A program made the translations under genes and the position numbers. From Patescibacteria group bacterium (GTDB lineage: Bacteria; Patescibacteriota; Minisyncoccia; Phycocordibacterales; SBAW01): a stretch of 64,000 nt of DNA. The notes beneath the pieces are model-generated. The model saw only the letters and a program-made list of their open reading frames with translations, was not told the origin of the DNA and searched no databases. The stretch lies in contig JACOWS010000001.1 of the NCBI GenBank assembly GCA_016176685.1, positions 11,577 through 75,576 of the forward strand, given 5' to 3'. Positions within the stretch are counted from its first letter, which is position 1; each line of letters starts with the position of its first letter. Positions 1 to 10,433 of this stretch are shown here, piece after piece.

Positions 1-272
1 GCTCCCCTACGCGTCATAGCCTTGGTAGGCCGTTACCATACCAACTAGCTGATGCGACACAGGCCGCTCAAAAAGCGCATTGCTGCTTTACTCCCTCGAT
101 TGCTCTCGGGAGACTATCGGAAATTACCCCGTCTTTCGACGAGCTATGCCCGACTTTTCGGTGCGTACCTGCGTGTTACTACCTCGTCTGCCGGTTGTCC
201 CTTACGGGACCCCCTTGACTTGCATGCCTTATCCACGCCGCCAGCGTTCACCCTGAGCTAGGATCAAACTCT
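1..272 (-). rRNA. rrs: 16S rRNA, 5' portion (gene runs off window start)
   Basis: Reverse complement of 241-272 reads AGAGTTTGATCCTAGCTCAGGGTGAACGCTGGCGGCGTGG, the universal 16S 5' end. The rc of ~20-60 contains GCTAGTTGGTATGGTAACGGCCTACCAAGGC (E. coli ~240-270 region). Confidence 0.9.
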
Positions 273-592
273 GATTTAAGAGCGAAGCGATTAAATCATC
301 GCTCCACAATTTAGCTCGATTAGAACGGAACAAGAGAAAAATAACTTCTCTCTTGCTTGCCCTCCATAGCTTTACGCGACGGAGGGTGTGCCTTCCCCCG
401 GAAAAGAGAAAGGACTTCTTTTGCTTGCTTGCCCTCCTGCTTGCGTGTGTATGCAAACAAAAGAGCTGCCCTTCGTCCTTCGTAAAACTCAGGACTTAAG
501 GTCTTCGATGTGATCTGCCTCTCTACCCGCGTATTTTGCGGATAAAGAAGTTTTTATTCGTCCCTACGTCGCTAAAGCTTCGAAGGGCACAG

Positions 593-626
593 TGTTATCA
601 AAAAACAATGCCCGCCAGCGGCGGGT
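593..626 (-). terminator. Rho-independent terminator downstream of the kinase gene, upstream of the 16S leader
   Basis: On the minus strand, hairpin GACCCGCCGCTGGCGGGC followed by ATTGTTTTTTGA. Confidence 0.5.
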
Positions 627-726
627 CTCTAGAACAAGAGAGTATCCACCACTAAGCAGTCATGAAGGCCATTATAGCCGCCCACAAAAGGAAGTCAAGC
701 CCTTATTTTGCAAGCTTTTTTGGTCT

Positions 727-1281
727 CTATGGAGCTTGTTGGAGCGCCTTTTCTACCTGCACAAAAAGCTCTTCTGGCGTTCCATTGTTGATAAGTACAA
801 CCCCAGCCATAGCAATAACGGCTTTTAAGTTTTGTTTGTTTGGATCGTTCGATTCCATCTCGCGGTCCTCGTCTGCCTTAAATTTTTCAAAAGAAACGGC
901 GTCGGTCTCCGACGCCCTACCCACTATCCGTTTGTAGCGCGTGTTTATGTCGGCATCTACTGCCCAAAGCGTGGTGCTTTGCGATTTAAGATATTTTTCC
1001 TCGCCCACAGAGCGAATAGACTCGATGACGATATTATTTTTGGGATGAAGTTTTGCCTGCTTGAGGAGCTCCTCGACCAGATAATTGGGACCGTGCAGGG
1101 CGCGCAAATCGTTAGCAACCTGTGTCATAGTATCGCGGTTGACCGCCAGGCCGCGTTTGAGTATCTCCCCCGCAATGAAATTACGCACCGAAAGATACAT
1201 AAAATTATGTTTCTTTGCTAAGTACTGGGCCACCGTGCCTTTGCCCGCGCCGAGGGTTCCCGTAATGCCAATTATCATCAC
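727..1281 (-). CDS. P-loop nucleotide/nucleoside monophosphate kinase family protein (CoaE/Fap7/AK-like)
   Basis: N-terminal Walker A GITGTLGAGKGT and ~180 aa small-kinase architecture. The exact family is not resolvable by eye. Confidence 0.5.
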   Translation of the reverse strand: MMIIGITGTLGAGKGTVAQYLAKKHNFMYLSVRNFIAGEILKRGLAVNRDTMTQVANDLRALHGPNYLVEELLKQAKLHPKNNIVIESIRSVGEEKYLKSQSTTLWAVDADINTRYKRIVGRASETDAVSFEKFKADEDREMESNDPNKQNLKAVIAMAGVVLINNGTPEELFVQVEKALQQAP

Positions 1282-1289
1282 CTTTTATT

Positions 1290-2867
1290 CTACATCACCC
1301 GGAAGTTTTTGAACTGCCAGGGATCGGCGGCAGTATCTTCGGGAAACAGCGGGTCTTTGCGGGCGCGCAGTGGCGTCCAGTTGGTGTACTTGCCGTGCAC
1401 AATTCCCAGGTACGGGGTGGCAAGGTCGAGTATGCGGCGGAAATCAAGGTCCTCCGGCTCGACAATGCCCCGCCTCGGGTTCTCTAGCGTCCAAATAACC
1501 CCCGCCAGTGCACCCGCGGCTACCTGCATCACTGTGGCATTTTGGTGCGGCACCAGCTCGCGTGCTTGAGCGATGGAAAGGTCCGACCCGTACCAGTACG
1601 AGCGCTTTTTGTGGCCCATCAAGAGCACCCCGAGCTCGTCGGCGCCGCGTTCAATCTCGTCCATGAGAATCCGCTTCTTTTTTGGCTGCCGCCAGTTGTT
1701 ACCCGCATATTCGCGGAGGGACAGTACGGCATCGTCGCACGGATGGTACGCGTACATCATCGTGGGGCGATAGACAGCATTCCCTTGTTCGTCAAAAACC
1801 GTGTAGTAGTCGGCGGTTGTTATAGACTCATCGTGGGTAATCAAAAAGCCGTGGTACGGGCCCTCGCGCGGCGTCCAAGAGCGTACTGGCGTGAGTGCAC
1901 CGGGGCGGTCAAGATAAATTGCCGCTTTACGTCCTATTGTGTGCTCGTGCGCATCTTGGGGCAACTCTTTTTCATGCGTACCCCAACCAAGCTCAACCGG
2001 CTGTGTTGCTTCGCTCAAAAAGCCGTCCACCGACCAGGTGTTTACAAACTCATCCGGCTGTTTAGAGACAGGGGTATCCTGCGTGTCACGCTCGGCAGTT
2101 TGTATCACGCGGACTTTCAATGCCTGCATGAGGTTAGCCCACCCTGTTCGGTCGGTGGGAGTTCCAATCGCCGCAGCGCCATTGCCTACACTAAGTGCAA
2201 TATCAAGAAGCGCTGCTTTTATAAAGTGGGAGATAATCCCAGGGTTAGCGCCATGGTTAACAATGGCAGTTGAACCGTCTTTATATTTTTCTTTAAGCTT
2301 TAAAAACTCTTCTCGCTGTGCATAGTTGGTGCGCTGCTCGGGCGTAAGCGACGCGTCGAGCGAGAACCCCGGCCAGCGCTCGGTCGAGGTATCGACATAG
2401 AGCACATTATTCTTCTGGCACCACACAATCAAGTCGTTGGATGAGACTTCAACCGAAAGGTTAAGGAGGAAATCGCCTGCAGAGAGCTGTTTTTTAAACA
2501 CCGAGACGTAGTTGTCCTGCGTGAGCGTCTCGATGACAAACTCTATCCCAAACTGCTCGGCCACCGCCTTGCCGCGATCTTCTGACGCAATGATCCGCAT
2601 GCGCTCCGGCACTATGTCCGTATGGCGCAAGAGCATGGGGAGTATGCACTGTCCTATCGAGCCGCACCCGAGTATCAAGAGCTTGCCGGGAAATGGCACT
2701 TTGGTGTAGAGCTCTTTCTCTCCGGAAAAACCGTTTGCCCCGTTGGTAGCAACAGTAACCCCGGTTGCCAGGGTGTCAGTTTTGCCGTTTTGTTTTTTCT
2801 CCTCCATTTCAGAAATTTTTCCGTAACACTGTGTATTGTGCTCCTTACTATACAAAAAATAAAGCAA
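1290..2867 (-). CDS. hss: Homospermidine synthase (true start probably internal, ~2807)
   Basis: Blocks LILGCGSIGQ (NAD-binding), NLSVEVSSNDL...YVDTSTERWPGF, ERDTQ...FVNTWSVDGFLSEATQPVELGWGTHE, YRPTMMYAYHPCDDAVLSL and DPWQFKNF match recalled bacterial HSS along the whole length. Confidence 0.85.
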   Translation of the reverse strand: MLYFLYSKEHNTQCYGKISEMEEKKQNGKTDTLATGVTVATNGANGFSGEKELYTKVPFPGKLLILGCGSIGQCILPMLLRHTDIVPERMRIIASEDRGKAVAEQFGIEFVIETLTQDNYVSVFKKQLSAGDFLLNLSVEVSSNDLIVWCQKNNVLYVDTSTERWPGFSLDASLTPEQRTNYAQREEFLKLKEKYKDGSTAIVNHGANPGIISHFIKAALLDIALSVGNGAAAIGTPTDRTGWANLMQALKVRVIQTAERDTQDTPVSKQPDEFVNTWSVDGFLSEATQPVELGWGTHEKELPQDAHEHTIGRKAAIYLDRPGALTPVRSWTPREGPYHGFLITHDESITTADYYTVFDEQGNAVYRPTMMYAYHPCDDAVLSLREYAGNNWRQPKKKRILMDEIERGADELGVLLMGHKKRSYWYGSDLSIAQARELVPHQNATVMQVAAGALAGVIWTLENPRRGIVEPEDLDFRRILDLATPYLGIVHGKYTNWTPLRARKDPLFPEDTAADPWQFKNFRVM

Positions 2868-2911
2868 ATACTCACCCGAAGTGGGTATAACGATATCGGG
2901 ACAAAAATAAT

Positions 2912-3808
2912 TTACTTCCTCCTAAACTTTTCCCACACCACCAGCAAGGGGCTTGCAAGAAATATCGAGGAGTAGGTGCCGGCCACCATACCCACAATGA
3001 GGGTGAGCGCGAATGCGCGAGTGGAGTCGGGACCAAGGAAGTACAGCGCGAGCAATACAATGATGACGGTAAGAGAGGTATTGATTGAGCGGGCTATGGT
3101 CTGGGTAATGCTCCTGCCGACCACCTCGTCAAACTCCTCACGCTTGTGCTGTTCTGCATTGAGCGCAAGATTTTCGCGGATACGGTCAAAAATAACGATG
3201 GTGTCGTTGATAGAAATACCAAGTATGGTAAGCAGGGCTACGATAAACAGTGCGTCTACCTCGGCTCCAACAAAGTGTCCGAGCAGGGCAAACAGGCCGG
3301 TTGGAATAAGGATGTCATGCATGAGCGTTATGATTGCTACCACGCCATACTTCCACGAGGATATAGGTTTGGACACTCGGCGGAAGGCAAATGCGATAAA
3401 AAGTACGGTTGAGAGCGTGACGAGCGCAATGGCTATCCATGCCTTTTGTAAAAGCTCCGCTCCGATTATTGGCCCCACCGAGTTGTACTGGTCTTCATGC
3501 ATGGTGCCCAACGTCCCGAGTGCCTTCTCGAGGGATATTTTTTCATCATTGGTTAAGTCGCGCTGGCGAAGGAGGAACCCCGCTTCGCCCGTTGGTTGCA
3601 CCCGCACCTCGCCAAACCCAAGAGTGGAAACAGTTGCCCGCAGCGTTTCAACCGTCGGGCGCTCCCCACTGTAAGACACTTGCAGGAGCGAGCCGCCGGC
3701 AAGGTCAATGCCGGGCTTGAGCCCCCACGCCCCCAGTGCCGCAAGCGAGAGAACAATGGCCATCACCGGGAGGATAAAGAAGTATTTGATATTTTTGCTG
3801 ATATTCAT
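2912..3808 (-). CDS. secF: Protein translocase subunit SecF
   Basis: GIDLAGGS motif, 6-TM SecD/F-type topology, immediately downstream of secD. Confidence 0.9.
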   Translation of the reverse strand: MNISKNIKYFFILPVMAIVLSLAALGAWGLKPGIDLAGGSLLQVSYSGERPTVETLRATVSTLGFGEVRVQPTGEAGFLLRQRDLTNDEKISLEKALGTLGTMHEDQYNSVGPIIGAELLQKAWIAIALVTLSTVLFIAFAFRRVSKPISSWKYGVVAIITLMHDILIPTGLFALLGHFVGAEVDALFIVALLTILGISINDTIVIFDRIRENLALNAEQHKREEFDEVVGRSITQTIARSINTSLTVIIVLLALYFLGPDSTRAFALTLIVGMVAGTYSSIFLASPLLVVWEKFRRK

Positions 3809-3834
3809 GGTTCAATAGGATTCACCACAAGTAA

Positions 3835-5169
3835 TTATCTTAGCCCGCTATGCATAAAGAAACGGCCGAGCGGTGACTCTGTTTTGATGCCGAGCGCCAG
3901 TAAGAACGTGCGCGAGATAGTGATTGCGGAGAGCATCGAGACAAATACCCCCAACCCAAAAACCAGCGCAAAGCCCTTAATGAGCGAGGTGCCAAACCAA
4001 AACAGAATGACTGCCGCGATAATGTGCGTAATATTGGTGTCTCGTATCGCCAGCCATGCCCGCTTGAACCCTTCTCGTATTGCGTGCTCGGCCTTTGCTC
4101 CTGCGGCAAATTCCTCCTTCATCCGCTCGGCAATAAGGATGTTGGCATCAACTGCAAGGCCGACCGATAGGATAAACCCGGCGATACCCGCGGCGGTCAA
4201 AACTACCGGTATGAACTTAAACAAAACCAGCATAATCAAAATGTAAATAATGAGCGACGCAACTGCCACCACCCCCGGCAATCGATACCAAAGTATCAAA
4301 AAAAGCGCGAGCACAAAAAAGCCGATGGCCCCTGCGGTAACGCCGGCATTGAGCGCTTCGTCGCCGAGGGTGGCGCCTATAGTTTGCGTCGAGGATAGCG
4401 TGATAGGTACCGGAAGAGCGCCTAAGTTTAGATTGCGAACCAACTCCCTTGCCGACTCGGCCGAAAAGTTGCCAGAGATGATGGCGGTGCCGTTTGTAAT
4501 GTGGTCCTGTATCACCGGTGCAGAAATGAGCGCGCCGTCTAAGAATATAGCGAGCTGTTTGCCAACATTGACATCAGTAATATCGGCAAATAGCTTGGTG
4601 CCTTCTGCATTAAAATCAACGCGCACCGTTGGTTGATTGAGTGCGTACTGGTTGTTTCCAAACTCGAGCGCTGCGCGCGAAAGGAGCGCACCAGTGAGCC
4701 CGGTGTCGGCAAACGCTTCAGGGTTCGCTTGCGGTGAGTCTGTTGAACCAGGCTGCGTCGGCAACGTGAGATTATCTTCAAACCCGTCTTTAACCAGTTT
4801 AAAATCCAAGGTCGGAGTCTCTCCTATCATTTTGACCGCCTGATCTACATCGGTCACGCCTGGGAGTTCTACAATAAGCCGGTGCTCGCCCTGGCCAAAA
4901 GCGCCGCCCTGCTGTGTTTGCACCAATGGTTCACCAACGCCGAATGCGTTGACGCGTCGCTCGATAACCGCCTGCAATGCAGAAAGAGATTCGGCGACTT
5001 CGGCAGAATCTATTGTGCTTGTGTCGGCGCTGTACACCAAATGGGTGCCGCCGGAGAGGTCGAGTCCCAATTTAAACGCCCAATTTCCTGTTTGTGTCTT
5101 GTATGCAAAAAACCCCAACAACCCTGCGGTTAAGAGGATAGCAACCGCCCCGTAGCGAAGCCAAAACAT
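3835..5169 (-). CDS. secD: Protein translocase subunit SecD (start trimmed to M at MFWLRYGAV to avoid overlap with folD)
   Basis: LGLDLSGGTHLVY motif, large periplasmic domain, C-terminal TM bundle. The ORF-track N-terminus (to 5346) overlaps the folD 3' end and is non-SecD-like. Confidence 0.9.
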   Translation of the reverse strand: MFWLRYGAVAILLTAGLLGFFAYKTQTGNWAFKLGLDLSGGTHLVYSADTSTIDSAEVAESLSALQAVIERRVNAFGVGEPLVQTQQGGAFGQGEHRLIVELPGVTDVDQAVKMIGETPTLDFKLVKDGFEDNLTLPTQPGSTDSPQANPEAFADTGLTGALLSRAALEFGNNQYALNQPTVRVDFNAEGTKLFADITDVNVGKQLAIFLDGALISAPVIQDHITNGTAIISGNFSAESARELVRNLNLGALPVPITLSSTQTIGATLGDEALNAGVTAGAIGFFVLALFLILWYRLPGVVAVASLIIYILIMLVLFKFIPVVLTAAGIAGFILSVGLAVDANILIAERMKEEFAAGAKAEHAIREGFKRAWLAIRDTNITHIIAAVILFWFGTSLIKGFALVFGLGVFVSMLSAITISRTFLLALGIKTESPLGRFFMHSGLR

Positions 5170-5182
5170 GGGTTGCAGAGTA

Positions 5183-5980
5183 TCAAATAGTAGGCCCTTG
5201 GGCAAGGGCAAACAGGTTTTTGAAAAGCATAGCGACGGTAATAGGTCCCACGCCGCCGGGGACAGGGGTAAACACCGATGCCACATTGGCGCACGCGGGG
5301 TCGGCGTCGCCTGCCAACTTCCCCACAGCTTCCGAAGTACCTGCATCTATAAGCACAGTTCCCTGTTTGATCATATCGGGTGTAATCAGCCCCGGCTCGC
5401 CAGCTCCCAACACTACAATATCGGCATTTTTGAGTAATATCAGACGTCCGTCATGTTTTGTGACTACCTCCACGTCGGCACCAAGGTCGCGAAGAAGAAC
5501 AGCCGCAGGCGCCCCTACAAGCTTTCCAGCACCCACTACCACAGCTCTCGTATCTGCGTGAAGTTTAGCTTCATTCAGAAGATTTGCGTGTTGTAATATT
5601 TTTAACACCGCTCCTGCAACTGGTGGGAGAACAATAGCATTTTGCCCTAAACCATCGACATCTCTCTCCGGCTGGAGTGCCGCCACCATCTCATCCGCAT
5701 TAGGAATAGGCATCTGGATAATGACACCCGCCGTTGCCTTTGAAAGCCGCAGAACGGCATGTATGGCATCTGTCGTGGAGGAATCCTTGGCAAGCACCTC
5801 ACGCGACACATCTACGCGCAGTCGTTTTGCCGTGCGCTCTTTGATACGCACGAAGGAGTCGCTGGCGGCGTCTCCTGCACCCATCACAACACCTAGCCGC
5901 AATACCAGCGGCAAACTCGCCCGCTCTTTTTCGAGCTCCTGTAATATCTCCTCCGCTATTTTCTTGCCGTCCACAATCAT
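5183..5980 (-). CDS. folD: Bifunctional methylene-THF dehydrogenase/methenyl-THF cyclohydrolase
   Basis: MIVDGKKIA start, NAD(P)-binding VVGAGKLVGAPAA, PGGVGPITVAMLFKN C-terminal motif. Confidence 0.9.
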   Translation of the reverse strand: MIVDGKKIAEEILQELEKERASLPLVLRLGVVMGAGDAASDSFVRIKERTAKRLRVDVSREVLAKDSSTTDAIHAVLRLSKATAGVIIQMPIPNADEMVAALQPERDVDGLGQNAIVLPPVAGAVLKILQHANLLNEAKLHADTRAVVVGAGKLVGAPAAVLLRDLGADVEVVTKHDGRLILLKNADIVVLGAGEPGLITPDMIKQGTVLIDAGTSEAVGKLAGDADPACANVASVFTPVPGGVGPITVAMLFKNLFALAQGPTI

Positions 5981-7368
5981 GCATTACTTTTTATGAGCAG
6001 GCGGCGGATGGTTTTAAAAGTGATAAGTATATCAAGAACCAAAGAGCGATGTTTGAGATAGTACAGGTCGTAAGAAAGCTTCATTTTGGTCGCTTCAACA
6101 TCTGCGGCATGATGCGGGTCACCATGGTAGTACAACTGTGCCCAGCCAAAGAGCCCGGGTTTAATTAAGTTTCGCACACCATAGTATGGAATTTGCTTTT
6201 CATACTGCTCGACCAGCGAGGGCAACTCAAGCCGAGGACCTACCAGAGAAAGTTTTCCTTTCACCACATCCCAAAACTGCGGTAGCTCATCAAGTCGGCT
6301 CGCGCGCAAAAAGCGTCCAACCCGAGTGACCGTAAGGACAGTAGACCCGCCTGGCCCGTACTTGCCATGGTCGTTCCCCGACATGGTGCGGAACTTATGT
6401 ATCCGCACCGGCTCATTGTCTTGGCCAACGCGGTCTTGTGTAATAAAGGCAGGGCCTCCGTCATCGAGCTTGATAGCAAGTATAATAAATGGATAAAACA
6501 AAAGGGAAACAGAGCTGCCGACTAGCCCGCCTACAATGTCCATACCGCGCTTCACCGGGTCGTACAGTGTGTGCATGTAGCGCGACACATTGCGCGCCAG
6601 CCACTGCTCGTCTATCTGGCTAAGCGGCACGCGGCCGTAGATTTCTTCATAGAGCGTCAGTGCGTCGACGAAACGTACCCCCCGTGAGATGAAGTTATAG
6701 AGCTCGGGGAAGACCCTGGAGACACGGCTGTCGTCGAGGTCGGCAATGACAAAACGCACCCCTTGCCCATCTATAGCCCTTGTTACTAACGCGGCGACAG
6801 AGGGGTCGCTTGGTTTTATGGTTGCAACGACACGCGTTGGTGCGCGCGGGGCGTTGTTGAGGGCTACCAAGAGCTCGTTGACCTCTCTACCTTCTCCCAC
6901 CACTATCGCATTTTCTATTTTTTGTATCCCAAGCCATGGGAAAATAAATACCCGCCATACCAGGACAAACAAGAAAGAGGTGACGAGATAGATAAATAGG
7001 ATGGTCTTTGGCGCAATACCAAACAACGGTATAAAAAAGAAGAAGAGTGCCGCAATGGTAACGTTGATGGTCTGCCCTACCAAAAGCGTTACCGATAGTG
7101 CCCGTCTCGCAAAGATAATAGAGCGACTTTCGTACAGGCCTGCGACTATAAACACGCCGATCCACAGTAAAAAAAGAAAAGAGAAGGCAGACAAGTGAGA
7201 GGTAAACAGTTCCCACGAAGGCGCACTAAAGGTACGAAAAAAAAGGGATGCCCACAGTGCAAAAACAAAAGCGCACACGTCGCCCACAAACAAAACAAGC
7301 GGCCGAGCGCGAAAAGCGGTGGTCATATACAGATTGATATATAATACAACAAATAGTAAAATTCTCAA
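5977..7368 (-). CDS. Undecaprenyl-phosphate sugar phosphotransferase (bacterial sugar transferase, WbaP/WcaJ-like)
   Basis: N-terminal TM helices, then a C-terminal sugar-transferase domain with DIVGGLVG...PFIILAIKLDDGGPAFITQDRVG...RLDELPQFWDVVKGKLSLVGPR. Start may be the internal M (7326). Confidence 0.85.
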   Translation of the reverse strand: MRILLFVVLYINLYMTTAFRARPLVLFVGDVCAFVFALWASLFFRTFSAPSWELFTSHLSAFSFLFLLWIGVFIVAGLYESRSIIFARRALSVTLLVGQTINVTIAALFFFFIPLFGIAPKTILFIYLVTSFLFVLVWRVFIFPWLGIQKIENAIVVGEGREVNELLVALNNAPRAPTRVVATIKPSDPSVAALVTRAIDGQGVRFVIADLDDSRVSRVFPELYNFISRGVRFVDALTLYEEIYGRVPLSQIDEQWLARNVSRYMHTLYDPVKRGMDIVGGLVGSSVSLLFYPFIILAIKLDDGGPAFITQDRVGQDNEPVRIHKFRTMSGNDHGKYGPGGSTVLTVTRVGRFLRASRLDELPQFWDVVKGKLSLVGPRLELPSLVEQYEKQIPYYGVRNLIKPGLFGWAQLYYHGDPHHAADVEATKMKLSYDLYYLKHRSLVLDILITFKTIRRLLIKSNA

Positions 7369-7373
7369 GTTAC

Positions 7374-8363
7374 ATGCCGGCTACTCGCAAAAAAATACTC
7401 TACGTCATAACGAAGTCCAACTGGGGCGGCGCCCAGCGCTATGTCTTTGACCTGGCCACCCGCCTGCCCAAGGACCAATTCGACACGACCGTGGCATTGG
7501 GCGGTACCGGGCTATTGGCTCAAAAGTTACAAGAAGCCGGCACTATGATATATCATAATGCGTTTCTCGGCCGGGACATCTCCTTCGGCAAGGATCTAAA
7601 AAGTTTTTTTGAGTTGTGGAGACTGTTTAAAAAAGAAAAGCCTGACATAGTACACCTCAATTCTTCCAAGGCGGGAGGAATAGGTGCCTTGGCAGCACGG
7701 TTTGCCCAGGTGCCAAAAATTATTTTTACTGCGCATGGCTGGCCCTTTTTGGAAAAGAGAAACTTGTTTGCACGATCGAGTATATGGATTTTTTCCTGGA
7801 TTACAGCCATTCTTTCCCACACTACTATTGTGGTGTCCGACCACGACCTGCAGGTAGCGCAAAAAATGCCATTCATTGCAAAAAAAGTAACCCGTATTTA
7901 TAACGGTATTGATTTTGATTTTCCTCTCGGCTCGGCAGACATCGTTCGCCATTCTTTCCCAAAAGGAGTCCATATTACCGGCACAGTCGGAGAGTTAACA
8001 AGAAACAAAAATCAGATTGCGCTTATCGAGCAGGCAAAAAATGACCCCAAAATGTATGTAGCCATCGTTGGTGACGGTGAAGAACGTCTGAATTTGATTA
8101 AAAAAATAGAAGAATATGGGCTCAGGAGCCGAGTAAAGGTAATGGGATTTCAGTGGGCAAGCGGGGTATTACGCGGATTTGACACTTTTGCCCTACCTTC
8201 CCTCAAGGAAGGTCTTCCGTATGTGCTCATAGAAGCAAGGGCTTCCGGACTACCGATTATTGCAAACCGTGTAGGCGGCGTTGGCGAAATACTGGATAAA
8301 GACTTGAAAGAATTTTCTATAGAACAGATGCTCAAAAAAACCTTTGCGGTGTACTGTGCTTAG
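7374..8363 (+). CDS. Glycosyltransferase family 4 (GT-B, group 1)
   Basis: ILYVITKSNWGGAQRYV N-terminus and C-terminal E..GLPYVLIEARASGLPIIANRVGG motif. Divergent from the sugar-transferase gene. Confidence 0.8.
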   Translation: MPATRKKILYVITKSNWGGAQRYVFDLATRLPKDQFDTTVALGGTGLLAQKLQEAGTMIYHNAFLGRDISFGKDLKSFFELWRLFKKEKPDIVHLNSSKAGGIGALAARFAQVPKIIFTAHGWPFLEKRNLFARSSIWIFSWITAILSHTTIVVSDHDLQVAQKMPFIAKKVTRIYNGIDFDFPLGSADIVRHSFPKGVHITGTVGELTRNKNQIALIEQAKNDPKMYVAIVGDGEERLNLIKKIEEYGLRSRVKVMGFQWASGVLRGFDTFALPSLKEGLPYVLIEARASGLPIIANRVGGVGEILDKDLKEFSIEQMLKKTFAVYCA

Positions 8364-9502
8364 CTACCGTAACCGCTAAACTCTTTCTCATACGCTTCGC
8401 GGTGGGCCGCGTGCGAGTACCGCCGCATACCGGAAAGCATACCAAGCGCCAAAAACTCTGCCACGATGTGCGACCCACCGTAGCTCATAAAAGGTATGGT
8501 GGTGCCGGTCACCGGCAAGAGTCCAATGTTGATACCAACATGCAGTCCAAAATGCGCCAATAGATAGAACAGCACTCCAAGAGCAAACAAAGTCTCAAAG
8601 TTAGTGGCTCCTAGACCCGCCATGGCAATGATTCTGAAAAATAACAGACCATACAGAACAAACAAAAGACCAACGCCTATGAGCCCCCACTCTTCGGCAA
8701 ATGCCGCAAAAATAAAGTCGGTCTGATACTCGGGCAGGAAGCGCAGTTTGCTTTGTGTGCCGTAGGCGATACCTTTGCCGAGTAGTTGCCCCGAACCTAC
8801 CGCGACAGTCGACTGGTAGGCATTGTATCCGGCACCCTGGAGGTCTGTCATGGGATTTAAGAATGTGAGTATGCGCGTACGCTGGTACTCTTGAAAACCA
8901 AAAAACCACAAACCACCAAGTACTGCTAAGCCAAGCAAAAATATCGTGGCGAGATGCACACGTGATATGCCAGACACCAGCACCATCCCCAACCAAATGA
9001 GAAATACGATAATCGCTGAACCAAAATCGGGCTGTAGTGCGACGAGTGCAAACACTACCAGCGCATACCCTCCAGAGAAAATGATGTGTCGTATGTTGCG
9101 TATTTCGATGTGCCGCCGGGAAAAGTATTTAGCCAGCACTATAATAAGTGCAATTTTGACAAACTCGATGGGCTGAAAGGCAAACGGCCCGATATCGAAC
9201 CAGCTTTTGGCACCCTGAGTTGCATTCCCAACGACCACAAGAAGCACCAGCGGCACGAGTAGTACGGCGTATATTCCTCCCGCAACTCCGCTACGCCGCA
9301 AGAAACGCCAGTCTATGAAGGCGGTAATAAAAAAAACTGTCACCCCAAGCCCTACCCATGCCATTTGTTTAGCCACTAGTGGATCGACTCCTTGAAAAGA
9401 GTTCATGGTTAGGAGTCCCAGCCCGCACAGCGCAATGGCAGCGGAAAACGAGACCCAGTCGACGGCACTTTTTTTAAGCCCTACAAAAGGAATAGAGGCC
9501 AT
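8360..9502 (-). CDS. SEDS family peptidoglycan polymerase (RodA/FtsW)
   Basis: Ten-TM protein with PEYQTDFIFAAFAEEWGLIG and IPFMSYGGS motifs. Confidence 0.85.
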   Translation of the reverse strand: MASIPFVGLKKSAVDWVSFSAAIALCGLGLLTMNSFQGVDPLVAKQMAWVGLGVTVFFITAFIDWRFLRRSGVAGGIYAVLLVPLVLLVVVGNATQGAKSWFDIGPFAFQPIEFVKIALIIVLAKYFSRRHIEIRNIRHIIFSGGYALVVFALVALQPDFGSAIIVFLIWLGMVLVSGISRVHLATIFLLGLAVLGGLWFFGFQEYQRTRILTFLNPMTDLQGAGYNAYQSTVAVGSGQLLGKGIAYGTQSKLRFLPEYQTDFIFAAFAEEWGLIGVGLLFVLYGLLFFRIIAMAGLGATNFETLFALGVLFYLLAHFGLHVGINIGLLPVTGTTIPFMSYGGSHIVAEFLALGMLSGMRRYSHAAHREAYEKEFSGYGS

Positions 9503-10258
9503 TTAAAAAGAAGGGAGTATGGTTATCTCCGCCCGCACAATGTCTGAAATGCCGCCCGACCACGTGAGCACTATTGGTTGTGATGATTTGCGTGGTATAC
9601 GGTTAATGGTGCTTTTCGACGCAGCGCGGGCAGTGCCATATTGGTCAAAAAGGACTCCGACCACCGTTACCCGAGGAGAGTCCTTGAGTGTATCGTTCAC
9701 TAGTGTGGCCGAGAGGCGCGAGCCGTCTCTACTTAGCAGTTGGTCGGCCACATGTACCGGCACCACCGCGTCTGCCAACACCCTGCTCCATGAAGCGACG
9801 GTAGAGAAAGAAAATTGAGTACGAGCAACCACACGATTGCCGACATCGATGTTTGGCTCGACCACCGCGATGGTGCGCACCGGCGGCAGGTCTATGACAC
9901 CGGTTTTTTCCACAATCAAAAGATTTTTGTCGTCAAAAAGTTGGAATGAGTAGGAGACCGCGCGTGCACCCGCGCCCGGATTTTGATTTTGCACGTATGC
10001 GGCCGCCGTGTAGGCGCGTTGGCCCACCTTAAACGCGCGCGACCACAACACCACCGGCGCGTGCACAGTGTCTTGGCACAAAAGCGCACACGGCCCCCCG
10101 CAGTCAGCCCCCGTCTCTCCGCCATTTTGTCTTTTATCAAAACACGTAGCTTCGGTCGAAAAGAGCGCTTGCCAGGCGATTATGCTTAGAAATACCGCGG
10201 CCACAGCCGCCACGGCGTAGTACAAAATCTGCCGGCGCACACTCCATTTCAGTGCCAT
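9503..10258 (-). CDS. Hypothetical membrane-anchored protein, Cys-rich N-terminal segment
   Basis: One N-terminal TM helix, then CFDKRQNGGETGADCGGPCALLC and a ~200-aa extracytoplasmic region. No recognisable family. Confidence 0.5.
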   Translation of the reverse strand: MALKWSVRRQILYYAVAAVAAVFLSIIAWQALFSTEATCFDKRQNGGETGADCGGPCALLCQDTVHAPVVLWSRAFKVGQRAYTAAAYVQNQNPGAGARAVSYSFQLFDDKNLLIVEKTGVIDLPPVRTIAVVEPNIDVGNRVVARTQFSFSTVASWSRVLADAVVPVHVADQLLSRDGSRLSATLVNDTLKDSPRVTVVGVLFDQYGTARAASKSTINRIPRKSSQPIVLTWSGGISDIVRAEITILPSF

Positions 10259-10308
10259 ACCCTATATAGTAGCAAAGCAAAAGGGTTTTTGCGCAGCTTT
10301 TTAGACCC

Positions 10309-10433
10309 TCTGTTCTGGCGGCTAGCTACTCTCGCCTCCTGTGACAGAGACTACCATCGCCACTAGTGAGCTTAACTTCTGAGTTCGGGAAGAGATCAGG
10401 TGTGACCTCACCGTTGAGCCACCAAAACAGAAT
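10309..10433 (-). rRNA. rrf: 5S rRNA
   Basis: The rc contains CCCGAACTCAGAAGTTAAGC...GAGAGTAG. Terminal helix TTCTGTTTTGGTGGC / GCCGCCAGAACAGA. Confidence 0.85.

Noticed and set aside
5170-5346. Long N-terminus of the SecD ORF
   Set aside because: It overlaps the folD 3' coding region in another frame and is non-SecD-like. The internal Met at 5169 gives a canonical SecD with a TM anchor.
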